Shown here one piece after another: positions 52,496 through 64,000 of a DNA stretch of 64,000 bases (its first letter is position 1; each line of letters starts with the position of its first letter). The stretch is from Lytechinus pictus (Eukaryota): assembly GCF_037042905.1 (NCBI RefSeq), contig NC_087258.1:24924001-24988000 (forward strand), in the 5' to 3' direction. The notes under the pieces are model-generated. The model was not told the DNA's origin. It ran no database searches and saw only the letters and a list, made by a program, of their open reading frames with translations. A program made the translations under genes and the position numbers.

Positions 52496-52694
52496 CTTGA
52501 AACATGTTGTAATCTACTTTGCTGTAATCAAACGGCTCTATGACCCTCTCCTCTGTCTCGTTTCCATCTTGGTTACCATGACGATGATTTCCCACGCTCC
52601 TCTCGGCATGTTCTCCCCTTCTATCTTTCTTTGGTCTGGGGGTCTCTCCGCTGGGATTGGATGAATGCTTCCTCTTCTTGGCGGACTTATCAAC
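52496..52694 (-). CDS. EXOSC10: EXOSC10 internal exon (basic NLS-like segment and PFDY motif)
   Basis: ttcAG|GTT ... CAAG|GTACCC, 199 nt. VDKSAKKRKH...VIEPFDYSKVDYNMFQ, cf. human NAAKKRER...EFTPYDYSQSDFKAFAG. Confidence 0.88.
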
Positions 52695-53304
52695 CTGAAC
52701 AGATTAGATTAAGCAAAAGAAAGGGGACGGTCACAAAAGCTGGTTCGCTTCTGTTGACAAGGGTCAACACTCAACTTTTTAATTATATCGATTCATGCTC
52801 TACTTCAACATGCATTCTCACACCAAGATTTTATTGACTGCTCTTTAAATCATTTGTTTTTATTTTATTCGTAAATTGAATCCCCATTATCTTGTAGTTG
52901 GCCTTACAATTTTTAACATATTCTCACTTGATTTAATGCCACAATGTTTTGTTACCATGGCAACACAACCTGGCACAATCAAAATGCATCTTGCCTACAG
53001 GTCTCCACTCCAATACCAATGTGTGTGCCTAGACTCATGGGCATTGAGCAAAAAGTGAGGAAGTAGTTCTGTCCACGAGATTTGCAAAGGACCAACAAAC
53101 AGCCCGTTGACCCTCCTACCCAACCGTACAAGTGAGTCTATACCCCCTCCAGACTTGATTTGGCAGGGCCATAAAAGATCACCATGAGCATTGGGCAAAA
53201 AGTGAGGAAGTAGTTATCTGCAAGAATTGCAACAGACCAACCACACACTTGCCTGACCGCCCAACCATAAGCTGATTCCTATATACCTATATCAAAAAGA
53301 TTAC

Positions 53305-53505
53305 CATTTGTCTAACAGGGACTGTTTCATCTTCTGCCTCCTCTTCCTTTTTCTCCTCCATCAACTTCTTCTTCTTAGCAGCATCTGGGTTGAAGACGAT
53401 GGGAGTTTCATAGGTTCCGGGATCGGTTGGAAGCTCTTTCTCTGGGATGGGTTTGGATGTGGCCTTCTTCATTATCCAGACAGACAGAGGTTGGAAGGTT
53501 GTGCT
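53305..53505 (-). CDS. EXOSC10: EXOSC10 internal exon
   Basis: ctctctcccAG|AGC ... ATG|GTAATC, 201 nt, inside ORF 53287-53589. STTFQPLSVWIMKK...EAEDETVPVRQM, cf. human AISVRQQ. Confidence 0.82.
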
Positions 53506-53535
53506 CTGGGAGAGAGATGGAGGATATTTTTTGAA

Positions 53536-53916
53536 ATTTCCAATTAGTCTACTGCCAACTCGTCCACTCACCACATGGTCTACTTTCATTTAGTCTGAAT
53601 GCCATTCCGTCCAACATTTTGTCTCACAACCATTTGGTATCACCATCTTGTCTATGACCATTTCGTCTCAAAACCAGTTAGTCTAATATCCATTTCAATT
53701 TCATTCATTTTACACAATGAACACTTAGTCCAATTAGACCAATTACACCAAATCGTATATGGACTAAATGGCTATGGGACCAACTGGTTATTAGACAAAA
53801 TGGTGAGTGGACGAATTGGCAATTAGACCATGTGGACAGTTAACAAACTGATGGTAGACCAAATGATAGAAGACGAGTTGGCAATTGGATGAATTGGCAT
53901 TAGACGAATTTGAAAT
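53536..53916. mobile_element. Palindromic foldback element built from ~15-bp subrepeats
   Basis: Left half has CCAAYTMGTCYA-type repeats, right half has TAGACSAAWTGG-type repeats; ends ATTTCCAATTAGTCTA / TAGACGAATTTGAAAT. Confidence 0.7.
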
Positions 53917-54482
53917 AAACCATATATTGCACAATCCACATACATATATAACATTTTTTAAGCACTTTTCCATATCAAAACGCCCAACCACTTTATAATA
54001 AAGAATAACAAAGAATAGTTCTGCTCTCCAAGTACTTACAGATATAAAGTGGATATTGAAGAGAAAATAAATAAGTTTGAATTTTATTTCAAATATTTGT
54101 TCATAAGACATGAATGGATGTTGCTAGAGAGACATGAATGTTGCTGGGTAGACTTTTTTAAATTGTAGGACCAGTGAAATTTTTAAACTTTCTTTTAATT
54201 CATATTAGGAATTATAGATAAAACGTATCTGTTCTTTTGATCTGTAATGAAATTATTAAGGGAGAAAAAAAGGATTTGTGAACAATATTTTTCAATGAGG
54301 GTATGCATTATCATAGGTTAAATCTTTTTATCCCAACATATGTTTGTCTGGAAATAAGGCCTATACATGTAGAGTGACTTTTCAATATCCCACAGTATAT
54401 ACTGCAATATAATTTTTTTCTAGACAGTTGGGGGGGGGGTGTAGAAGGGCCAGGTCAGAATGTAAATGATGAGTAAATTTAC

Positions 54483-54575
54483 CTCCTTCGGTTGAGATGT
54501 CTTGCCGTCCATGGTGATCTTGTCCGCATCCAAAAATTCTTTGGAAATCTGTCTCACTTTTTCGGAGGGTAGATA
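54483..54575 (-). CDS. EXOSC10: EXOSC10 internal exon
   Basis: acacAG|TAT ... GAG|GTAAAT, 93 nt, phase 0/0. YLPSEKVRQISKEFLDADKITMDGKTSQPKE continues NPFEM|YLPS, cf. human NPFRMFLPS. Confidence 0.85.
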
Positions 54576-57500
54576 CTGTGTTTCAAATGAAAAGAATACA
54601 AATTCACAGTGACAAACATTTGCTTCAGACTTGGATGAATATATTGGGAAATTGTGATTTTCATTTGATTTCCATCACATACTTACAGAATTCCCTGTGA
54701 GCAAATAAATTTGTTTACAATTTTTAGCCCTTCATAAAAACACAAAGTAACGGTCCCAATGAGAAATGAAATTGACTCAAGAATCACTACATATTTTGTA
54801 TACCTGTATATTTAAAACTATCTAATAGCAGAACATCAGAATCCGATAGGTTTTATCACTTGCTATCAAAATCGGGTCAATGAGAGCGTATAAAGAAAAT
54901 CATTCTTTTTTCTATCACATAGCATTTATGTACTACCATCATATCTTCAGATATAGATTAACGATGTCATTAAAACCATCCTTTTATGATGTCCACATTC
55001 TTTGGCCTTTATATCGCTTCAAAGTGCCCCAAAAGGGAACAATACAGCCTCTGCTCCCGTTCCGTTTCCGATCAATTCGGTGGTGATCTCTCACAGGTTG
55101 GCAAAAAATAAAACAGAGATGAATAATAAGAGAGGATATTTTGAAAATGCAATGCTTTGTAATAAAAAGAGCAATTTAGGCGAGGGTGTGAATACGAGAG
55201 CATGCGAAGGCACCTGCCGTTTTTCCAGTGAATCGAAAGACGTAGACGGAACATAATGTCATTTTCAACCCTCGGGGGTCATTCACACTGAGATGATCGA
55301 AAACTCACTAAGTATTGAGCATTTCATATATATGCAAAAAACATTAAAGGGAGATTAATCAGAGGACAATCGCAGGTGACTATCCCATATTTGTGAGTTA
55401 ATCGTTCATGGGTTTATCCGATGGCACAGAAATTTGTATCCTTTCATATCCAAATTCAATGTGAATTAGCTATAGACTCCTAAGCGTTTTCACTTATAAA
55501 AATCCATGTGAGAACGGACCCACATACCCAAACAGGAAATATACCGAGAAGGGCAAGGTTGCAAGCACAAAGTAAAACATAGGCATTACATATGTGCGGA
55601 CAAGCATATGAAAAGGTGCAAAGTGATCTTGCCCCAATTGCCAGCAAAACTGCACACAAAATATCACAAATCTGATCTTTTGAGGTGACTATATTGTACA
55701 CATGTTCCTCTGTAATTACAAATTTGGAATATTTTATATGTTTTTTAAGGGAATGAAATTATGAAATGCTACCTCAGAAACAAGGATAAAAAGTAACAAA
55801 ACTAAGGGTGGCACTCATGCATTTCTGGTGGTGGAAGAGGGAGGGAGGGGGTGGGGTAGGGATGGTTGTATAAAGTGCAAAGAGAATGAGAAATTTCAAA
55901 TAAAATAAACAGCTTGCTAGTAGCTTGCTTTAATAACACACACCACATATTCACTCTCATCAATTTCAACAATGGTTATTTTAACAAAGCAGGTACTCTC
56001 CCCATAAAAAATATGCAAATTCTACGCTTTGATCTCTTCATCACCCACACCAACATCACCTTAATGTTACCAACCCCGAACATGCTCATCAAACACTTTT
56101 TACAATTCCAAATAATCTGTTCTGCGGCTAGTATTGAAGCCGACTTCATTGACGAAATATTTGTCCACTCTTTATTACTTGGAAAGGAACAAGCCCGTTT
56201 CATAAAATTTGGCGATATTAATCCGTCGTACCACACTTTGTCAAAGACAGGAGCGAGACACGCGAGGAGAGGGGAACATAAAGCCCCCCTGCTGGGGGAT
56301 TGATCATTGGTAGGGTGTTACTCATGCGCCTCTCTCCCTAGATATTGGTGCGCCCAGTGGGGGGGCGGCTGGGGGGTAACTGATTGGAAGAAGGAGAAAG
56401 CAAGATGCCCAGACAATAGATGTCTCTTTAATATCCAACATCATCCAGCGCTAAAGCTTAATTTATCTGGCTTGAATGCAGATGTTCTTACACGTAAGAC
56501 TTCCTTCGTATAGCATCTGGCGTCCCGAGCAATTAGGGATATAATCAAGCTTGGTGTAATATTAAGACGATCCTTGCTATATTATCAGCCAGTGTCTCAA
56601 TAATGTATCAACCTCGTTGATAATACCTCGTCGCAAGGGAAGGAGAAAGCAAGTGACAAAAGAGGCATTTCCTAATAGAAGGGGAAAATGTCATATACAG
56701 TCCCTTGACATAAGGAAGCAAATCTGATTTGTTTATTCACATTTGACTTGTTTTCTTGCTTTGTTACGTTTTCGAATAATGCACTACATGTACATGATGC
56801 TAAAGGAATTGGAGTCACAAACATGTACATGTAGCTCTTATTTCTGAAATATAGACGTTTTAAAAGCAAGTAACTCTATATATTTCCACATAAAACAATG
56901 ACATATTTTCCCCATTTGCTAAAAAAATCATTCTCCAGTGTTGCTTTCTTCTGTCATGGGAAGGCAACACTGATGCCAATTTGAAAGTATGCGTACAAGT
57001 ACCTTGTCCAACATTTATCTTTCAGCATAAACTTCTGCCATCAAAGAGAACACAGTACCGGTAATGTTCATACTCATGATTTCTTTTTAAATAAAATCAT
57101 TGAATCAATTTTTTGTTTATTGTATATAAAGTTTGATTCAACCACCCCCTCTCCCCCAAAAAAAATAAAAAATAAAAAATAAATAAATAAGTAAATAAAA
57201 TAAAATATAAGGAAAATCAACAAATCTCAATTTAACATAAATTTTGTTGTTCCTAGTTTCATTTTTAAAGCCCACCTTTAGCTTTGGTAAATCTCCAAAA
57301 ATGTAGCAATCACTAATTAGGGACTCAGTTTTAAGGGGAGTGAGAGTGATCGCTCACTGCTGCTCACCTTATACCATTTCAGGTAGAGCGATTTATCGCT
57401 TGCCTCAGCACATTTGATTTTTTTGTGATATGAAATGAAAAATTAGAAAACAGGCAACATCGTACACATTAAATTGTTTGTACATTTTATTTCCATATGT

Positions 57501-57655
57501 AATCTCTGTTCTGACATCACTTAACCTGAATGTAGAACAAGAGTGTCAGTCAATGATTGAACTGTTAGAGCCAACCTTGAAAACCTCATTCTCATTCAAA
57601 TAAGAACACACACAAAAAAGCAATAACACACATTTGCAAGAATGACAAACAAAAA

Positions 57656-58002
57656 GTGGTGGGGGAGGCGCCGTGGCTGAGTGGTGGTGGGGGAGGCGCC
57701 GTGGCCGAGTGGTGGTGGGAGAGGCGTGGCTGAGTGGTGGTGGGAGAGGCGCCGTGGCCGAGTGGTGGTGGGAGAGGCGCCGTGGCCGAGTGGTGGTGGG
57801 GGAGGCGCCGTTGCCGAGTGGTGGTGGGGAGGCGCCGTGGCCGAGTGGTGGTGGGAGAGGCGCCGTGGCAGAGTGGTGGTGGGGGAGGCGCCGTGGCCGA
57901 GTGGTGGTGGGGGAGGCGCCCCGGCCAAGTGGTCTAAGGCGCCGGAATAGACATTTGAATGTCTAGGGTTCGATCCCCGGCCACGGTCAATTAATGCCTT
58001 GG
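57656..58002 (+). repeat. 28-bp G-rich minisatellite (10 units) made from a SINE A-box, running into a SINE head
   Basis: Unit GTGGTGGG(G/A)GAGGCGCCGTGGCCGAGTG. The last unit continues GTCTAAGGCGCC...GGGTTCGATCCCCGGCCACGG (B box). Lies in an EXOSC10 intron. Confidence 0.9.
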
Positions 58003-59215
58003 CATTCAATTGACAGTGCTCTTTCATCTTGAATTCAAATAAAATTGAAATTGTTATTTGCATTCTTGGTAATTAGGTGTCTAAAAAATAAAAACAACTT
58101 TATATTGGTTATCAGTACTTTTTTTAAATCTATGTAACATGCTCTATGGACCTGAATGGAAAGTTTCTCTCTTGTTTTATCTGAAGAAAAAAAAGATATT
58201 CTTTTAGTGATTTTACTGTATTACATCCCCCCCCCCAATCGCTCTCTTCTCTCTCTCTCTTCTCACACTCTCTCTTTCTCTGACTTGCTGCCTTTTTCTG
58301 TCTACCCTCTCCTTCTGTATCTGTCTCCCCCCCCCCCTCTCTCTTCGTCTGATACAATAAGCACCAAACGTCATGTGATGCCCAACAATACCACAATCCC
58401 CATTCCACATTGATCAACAAGAATGACAATATCAATCCTTAGGTGTGATATGCACATATGAATAGCCGTAGCAGGAAGCGGGTCAAAAGGTGCTCTCCCT
58501 TCTCAGCATGGTACAGGAAAATTAGATTTCATCGCAGATCAAGCTCACATGGACTGGCGAAGGTCTTCATCTTTAGCGACACGTTTAACAGATCGAGCGT
58601 TCACAATGAGGGCATAGAGTCACAGAGTGACATGCTATTTGGCATTTAATGGTTGTCCGATCCATTAATGTGTCTTCCATTGAAGGGGAAATTTAAAGGT
58701 TGCTTTACGTTTGGTTGGCAGGTGTAATTATCTTTACCTCGCCTCTGTTCCTCTACTTCCCTCCAGGAGGTCTCTACTCAATGCAACCGAAAATGTAGGT
58801 TTCATCATATAAATCGTTTAACTGGATTGTCTTGCTTTATCGAATTGACATGTAGGCATTATTGATTTAACCCCATGGTTAGCAGCTTTGGTTTCTTTCA
58901 TACATGTACATGTAGGGATAGATTTTTCATTTGCTTTCTTTGAAAAAAAAACACCAATGACATTAAAACGAGCTTCAAAATACTTCACGCATTTAATAAT
59001 TGTCTATTTGTACTAAACTGGAGGGAAAAAAATGACCAATACATCAAATGGTGTATGTGATTTTCAAAATTAATCTTACCACNNNNNNNNNNNNNNNNNN
59101 NNNNNNNNNNNNNNNNNNNNNNNNNNNNNNNNNNNNNNNNNNNNNNNNNNNNNNNNNNNNNNNNNNNNNNNNNNNNNNNNNNNNNNNNNNNNNNNNNNNN
59201 NNNNNNNNNNNNNNN

Positions 59216-59845
59216 ATCAGAATCATTATCATCATCATAATTGTCACTGTCATCATCACCATCATCATAACCACCACCACCATCGTCACCATTATTATCA
59301 CCACCATCAAGATCACAATAACCATCATAATCACCACTATCGTTATCAATTATCATCATCACTATCACCTCAACCANNNNNNNNNNNNNNNNNNNNNNNN
59401 NNNNNNNNNNNNNNNNNNNNNNNNNNNNNNNNNNNNNNNNNNNNNNNNNNNNNNNNNNNNNNNNNNNNNNNNNNNNNNNNNNNNNNNNNNNNNNNNNNNN
59501 NNNNNNNNNNNNNNNNNNNNNNNNNNNNNNNNNNNNNNNNNNNNNNNNNNNNNNNNNNNNNNNNNNNNNNNNNNNNNNNNNNNNNNNNNNNNNNNNNNNN
59601 NNNNNNNGAATCATTATCAACATCATAATTGTCACTGTCATCATCACCATCATCATAACCACCACCACCATCATCACCATCATTATCACCACCATCAAGA
59701 TCCCTATAATCATCACAATCACCACCACCGTTATCACCTCCACCACCACCACCACCACCATCATCATCATCAATCATCATAACCATCATCACTATCACCA
59801 GCATCATTATCATAATCGTCACTGCCATCAGTATAATCATCATTG
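59216..59845. repeat. (CAT/CAC)n low-complexity tract with near-duplicate blocks on either side of a gap
   Basis: 59220-59340 and 59608-59730 are near copies separated by Ns. Confidence 0.9.
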
Positions 59846-61150
59846 AACAACAAAACATGAAACACTGATAACCAAGTTAAATAGAAGCTCTGACATTCAT
59901 ATCATCATCCCATACCAACTCAAGAGGGAGCCAGACACTCTAATATTTCCACCTTCCTCTAATTAACCTTTAAAATAATATTTTATCCTTTTTTTATTCT
60001 TGTACAATTAATATGTGCAAAAGAGATTTCTATTCTTTTCAAGAAAAAAGTCATCTTTTACAAAGTATGTTTTTTTATTTTGTCGATTGATATGGGTTTT
60101 TCCCCTCTGCTTTCACATTGTTAATGTTATAGCAGAGAAATTTGGAAGTTTAACTTCATTTGTAATCATTATAAAATATTTGTAATCTCATTGATATTGA
60201 TATATTTATTTGTTTGATCGTTTATTTATTGTATACATGCACAGAATCTTTATGTATATGAATTGTGATTGTAAACTTTAATTTGAAAGAGGAAGAAAAT
60301 AAAATATTATTTAAAACAAAAAAATTAAACAGGAAGATCAGCCTGACAAAAAGTTCGCTGTAAAAATAACAGAAAAAATAATGATAATGGTGAAGGTTTG
60401 AGGGAAATCCATTATAAGAACTTTTTTCATTTATTTGTACATCATATATGAGCAGCTGCCCCATATGTTATATAATATAAAATACATAAATTTCAATTTT
60501 CTAGTAGTTTACGATGATTACACATTTTCTTCTTTCAAGTGTGAGTGTGAAACAAGTTATCTGTTGATATACTGAAGGTTCAATAAAACCAATTTTCAAT
60601 ATCTTGAGAAGTTCATATTATATTACGTTATTTACATTATGTACGTATTCGAGAGATCAGCGTCCAACAAGCCAAGCTTCTCAGCTGGTCTCTCTTTTCA
60701 TTTCACCCCTTTCTTTTTTTTTAACATACACACGAATACTCATACTTTCAAGAATGTTTAGTTTTATAACATGATAATATAAGTATCGTATTTTGTTCGT
60801 ATAATTTACATTACCCAATTTTTGCAAATGTAAGGTCCTTACTTTTGTTTGTAATTGTATTTATGTATTTTTGATTTGTATGTGAAAAATGGAAAGAAAA
60901 GAAATGAAATAAATCAATAAATAAAATAAAATCAAATGAAATTTTATTGATTTTTTAAAGAATTCACGATGCATGGGGAGCTGCTCGCATATGACATCAA
61001 AATGAAAGAAAATGCGAGTAATAATTCAAAACACTTTTAAAATCTTTCGATGGATTTTCCTCAAACCTTCACAAAAATATTTTTCGTGCTCTTTTTGCAA
61101 TAAACTTTTTGTCAGCGTGAACTTCAAGTTAAAAATCAGAAAAAACTTAC

Positions 61151-61347
61151 CATTTCAAATGGATTGGCAAACAAGGCCTTTAACCGCTGCACCTTCTGTG
61201 CTTCGCTCCTCTTTGCATCCAGCTGCTGAGTGTCACTGGGGGGCGTGTCAAAGATTGTGATGATGGGCGTGGCTACCGATACCTTTGGCTGGGTGGGCGT
61301 GGCACCGCCAAAGAGACTGGATGATGAGGCACTTATAGCTGATGATC
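61151..61347 (-). CDS. EXOSC10: Exosome component 10 (Rrp6/PM-Scl100), most 5' exon found in the window
   Basis: cttcAG| ... ATG|GTAAGT, 197 nt. Encodes SSAISASSSSLFGGATPTQPKVSVATPIITIFDTPPSDTQQLDAKRSEAQKVQRLKALFANPFEM, cf. human EXOSC10 TAVITLFNEP...AQKKAQNIMESFENPFRM. Confidence 0.88.
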
Positions 61348-61450
61348 CTGAAGAATTAAGTAAAAGAGAAATTGCGATTTAAAGACAGGTTAAACTGACA
61401 ACAAGATATTACAATATTTCAGCTTCCTGTTGTGAGACTCTTGATAATCA

Positions 61451-61778
61451 GGGCTCCATCTTACAAAGAGTTACGATTGATCCGATCAATCTCAACTGTA
61501 TGGAAATCCATCAGTGTCATACTTCTTTTCAAAGGAAATTTTGCACAATTTCCTTTGCAAACAAAGAGAAGTACACAACATTTTCAAGAAAATGAAGAAT
61601 GTATGAATATACAGCATATCTATAAAATATTTTGAACAAACATGTACTTACAGATGTTGGCATTGTTGGCTTTCCATAGCTCTGGTTGATTGGATCAATC
61701 ATAACTCTGTAAGACAAGCTCCTGTCTTACAAAGAGATACGATTGATCCAATCAATCTCAACTGTATGGAAATCCATC
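61451..61778. mobile_element. Copy of the same MITE family plus a tandem partial duplicate of its end
   Basis: GGGCTCCATCTTACAAAGAGTTACGATTGATCCGATCAATC ... AACTCTGTAAGACAAGCTCC, followed again by TCTTACAAAGAGATACGATTGATCC. Confidence 0.7.
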
Positions 61779-63595
61779 CCATAATGTTCTACTTTCGTTT
61801 TATCTTCATTGTATAAATCGTCATTAATATGACTATCACATTCTTTAGTGTGTTTACCATAAACATGTATTTCTCTTGTATAGCTATACTGCTTTCAATG
61901 ATAATTCATTTGTATTGATTTGAATGGTTATCATTTCATATCTGTGTAAAGAATCATTTCCTATGTTGTATAATTGAGTTGAGAAATGAAATAAACCAAA
62001 CTTTAAACTTTAAACCTAACTTTGTGAAATCATGAAATCCAAGCTAAAATAAATGCCACCCTGAACCCACTTGTTATGTTAATTTCTCAGCAAATTACAA
62101 ATTACACACTTTCTACCATAATCAATCGGCGCACACTTTTTATTCATACATACAAACACCTTAGGGTCATTTTATTGGATACTGTAAATTTGAACTAATT
62201 CCTAGAATGTTGCCACATGTTGCATTTATGTTTCAACATAGATGCCGACAGATGATGTATGTATATGTCTGGCAATATAAGCACTTATAAACGTCTATTG
62301 ACATCCTTTCATATACAGGGAAGAGGAAGATAAGTGTCCAATTTATTTATAAAACAAACAGGAAAAGAGACTTCGCGGCAAGTAGTTTCACTTATGTTAC
62401 GGTCAGAGACCTTTATCAAAGTACAACAGGGAAATAAACTTTGCGAAAAAAAACCTCATGCCAATAAAGGTCAAAGACCACAGATCGGTGACATCATTAT
62501 ATGGAGTATTTTCCCCTTTTTTCTCATTCCCTAATATTTTTACTTGATATACCGAATCAGGACATGGCACAAGATCAAAACATGCAAGTTTACAAATTGT
62601 GTTTCCCTTTGAAAACTCAAAACACTGCACCCATGCGGATATTGAAATAATTGTGCAAGAACTTACTGAGAAATCACAAAGATCTTATCAATCACATGCA
62701 GTAGTATTGTCATTTGCCTGGCAGAGCAACGCATATATGCGCAATCACAAAAAATATACATTTCAAAGAAGGCTCGAACTAAATTCAGCCTTTTACAACT
62801 AGCCACAGCATCAATTCTCCCTAATGATCAATTTCACACTGGGCAAGATTTATGCTTGAATTACAGTTATCTGTCATTTTATTTCAAGAACTTGAAAGGT
62901 TTCCCAGTTAATAGCATTTTGTCTTTTATGTTTTCTGTGGGGAACCAAAATGGGTCCATGGATCAAGTTCGTGGCAGAAGAGCGTGAACTCCAATAAGTT
63001 TGCACAAAGGAAGGTTGAATGAGGGGTACTTCTACCAGAAAGAAGTTTGGACTTCATGTGCCTACCACAGTTTTGTCGCTGGCTCATCATCATAACATCA
63101 AAAAGAGCTTCAGGAAAGGTATCAGAAGAAAAGGCAAACCAGAAGAAAGACAAAACTATCTCAAAATAAGAAACAGGGGTGTGAGTGGTCACAAATAAAA
63201 AGGTCTGAAAAAAGCTGAAACTTGTAGAAAAAGTCTGAAATAGAAAGAGCTCCCATACTTTTTGTACAGAGGAAAGCCAAAAATAAGCTGAAATTAAGCT
63301 AAAAATCAAAACGAAAAAAAATCTGAAATCTGAAGAAACCTGATAAAAAATTAATGATCACTTCTTTCCGGCGGGCACACAAGAGAATGTAAAATGACTC
63401 CATGAGTGACAAGTGGCAAATTCATCACAGGCCTGTTCCAAAAAGAGTTACATTTATTATAACACCCAACTGAAGAAATCAATGACAAGTCCCTCATATA
63501 TATGCATGTTACATTGGTCAAGTTGCAATTGATTTTTCAGTTACGTTCGATCGCAACTCATTCTGCAACTGGACCCTAGTTATGGTACCCACTAA

Positions 63596-63740
63596 CAGGG
63601 GCCACGGAATGGTTTTCAAGGGGGGGGGGGGTCTGACCATGCAAAAAGTAACAATCATATGGTCATTTTTATGTTTTAGTACACCGTTCTGGAAAAAATT
63701 GGGGGGCTGAAGCCCCCGCCCCCCGCTTCCGAGGCCCCTG
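63596..63740 (-). mobile_element. Second copy of the CAGGGGCC MITE, in opposite orientation
   Basis: Internal sequence is the reverse complement of 42222-42375; TSD ACTAA on both sides. Confidence 0.85.
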
Positions 63741-64000
63741 ACTAAAACCAAAGTGAAACCTTTGTTCAAATGTTGCCCTCAAGGTACAGTATGTCATTTA
63801 ACTTCTTGCAAGTCAGATTGGTGCCAGCAACTATGCTATTTAATGATGTTCATGACATATAATGTATCTGACATATCATTGCATCTCTGCTATGAGTTGA
63901 AGCTAGGATACAAGAGGAAGAAGTCAGACATGTTTTAATCTCTGCATCACTATACCACCATCACACAATGTAGCAATGTGAAACAGCCGGCTTAATTGGA

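Noticed and set aside
55914-56660. ORFs on both strands in the large EXOSC10 intron, suggesting a nested gene or TE protein
   Set aside because: No recognisable motif, stops in the extensions, and the flanking EXOSC10 exons join without needing them.
62926-63309. Minus-strand 127-aa ORF as a further EXOSC10 exon
   Set aside because: No similarity to the expected upstream EXOSC10 sequence, and it partly overlaps a simple AAANCTGAAA repeat.

Overview
Eukaryotic, AT-rich, repeat-dense animal DNA with several N gaps; the SINE/MITE families look like sea-urchin repeats (inference). Two convergent protein-coding genes can be built from splice sites. (1) On +, a complete two-coding-exon NR0B (SHP/DAX1-like) nuclear receptor with no DNA-binding domain (12310-13081 and 14871-15109, 336 aa). 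(2) On -, the last seven coding exons of EXOSC10/Rrp6 (61347 down to stop at 45314); the rest lies beyond the window. The intergenic DNA and introns hold tRNA-derived SINEs, many MITEs, microsatellites and a truncated Dong/R4 retrotransposon sitting in an (AAT)n tract. The least explained structures are: a 1.94-kb non-coding element with apparently identical 465-bp direct repeats, GG..CC ends and a target-site duplication; a 10-copy array of a SINE Pol III A-box; a minisatellite with a 117-bp higher-order repeat; and an EXOSC10 3' UTR built from tandem copies of its own stop-codon region. All alignments were done by eye; no searches were run.
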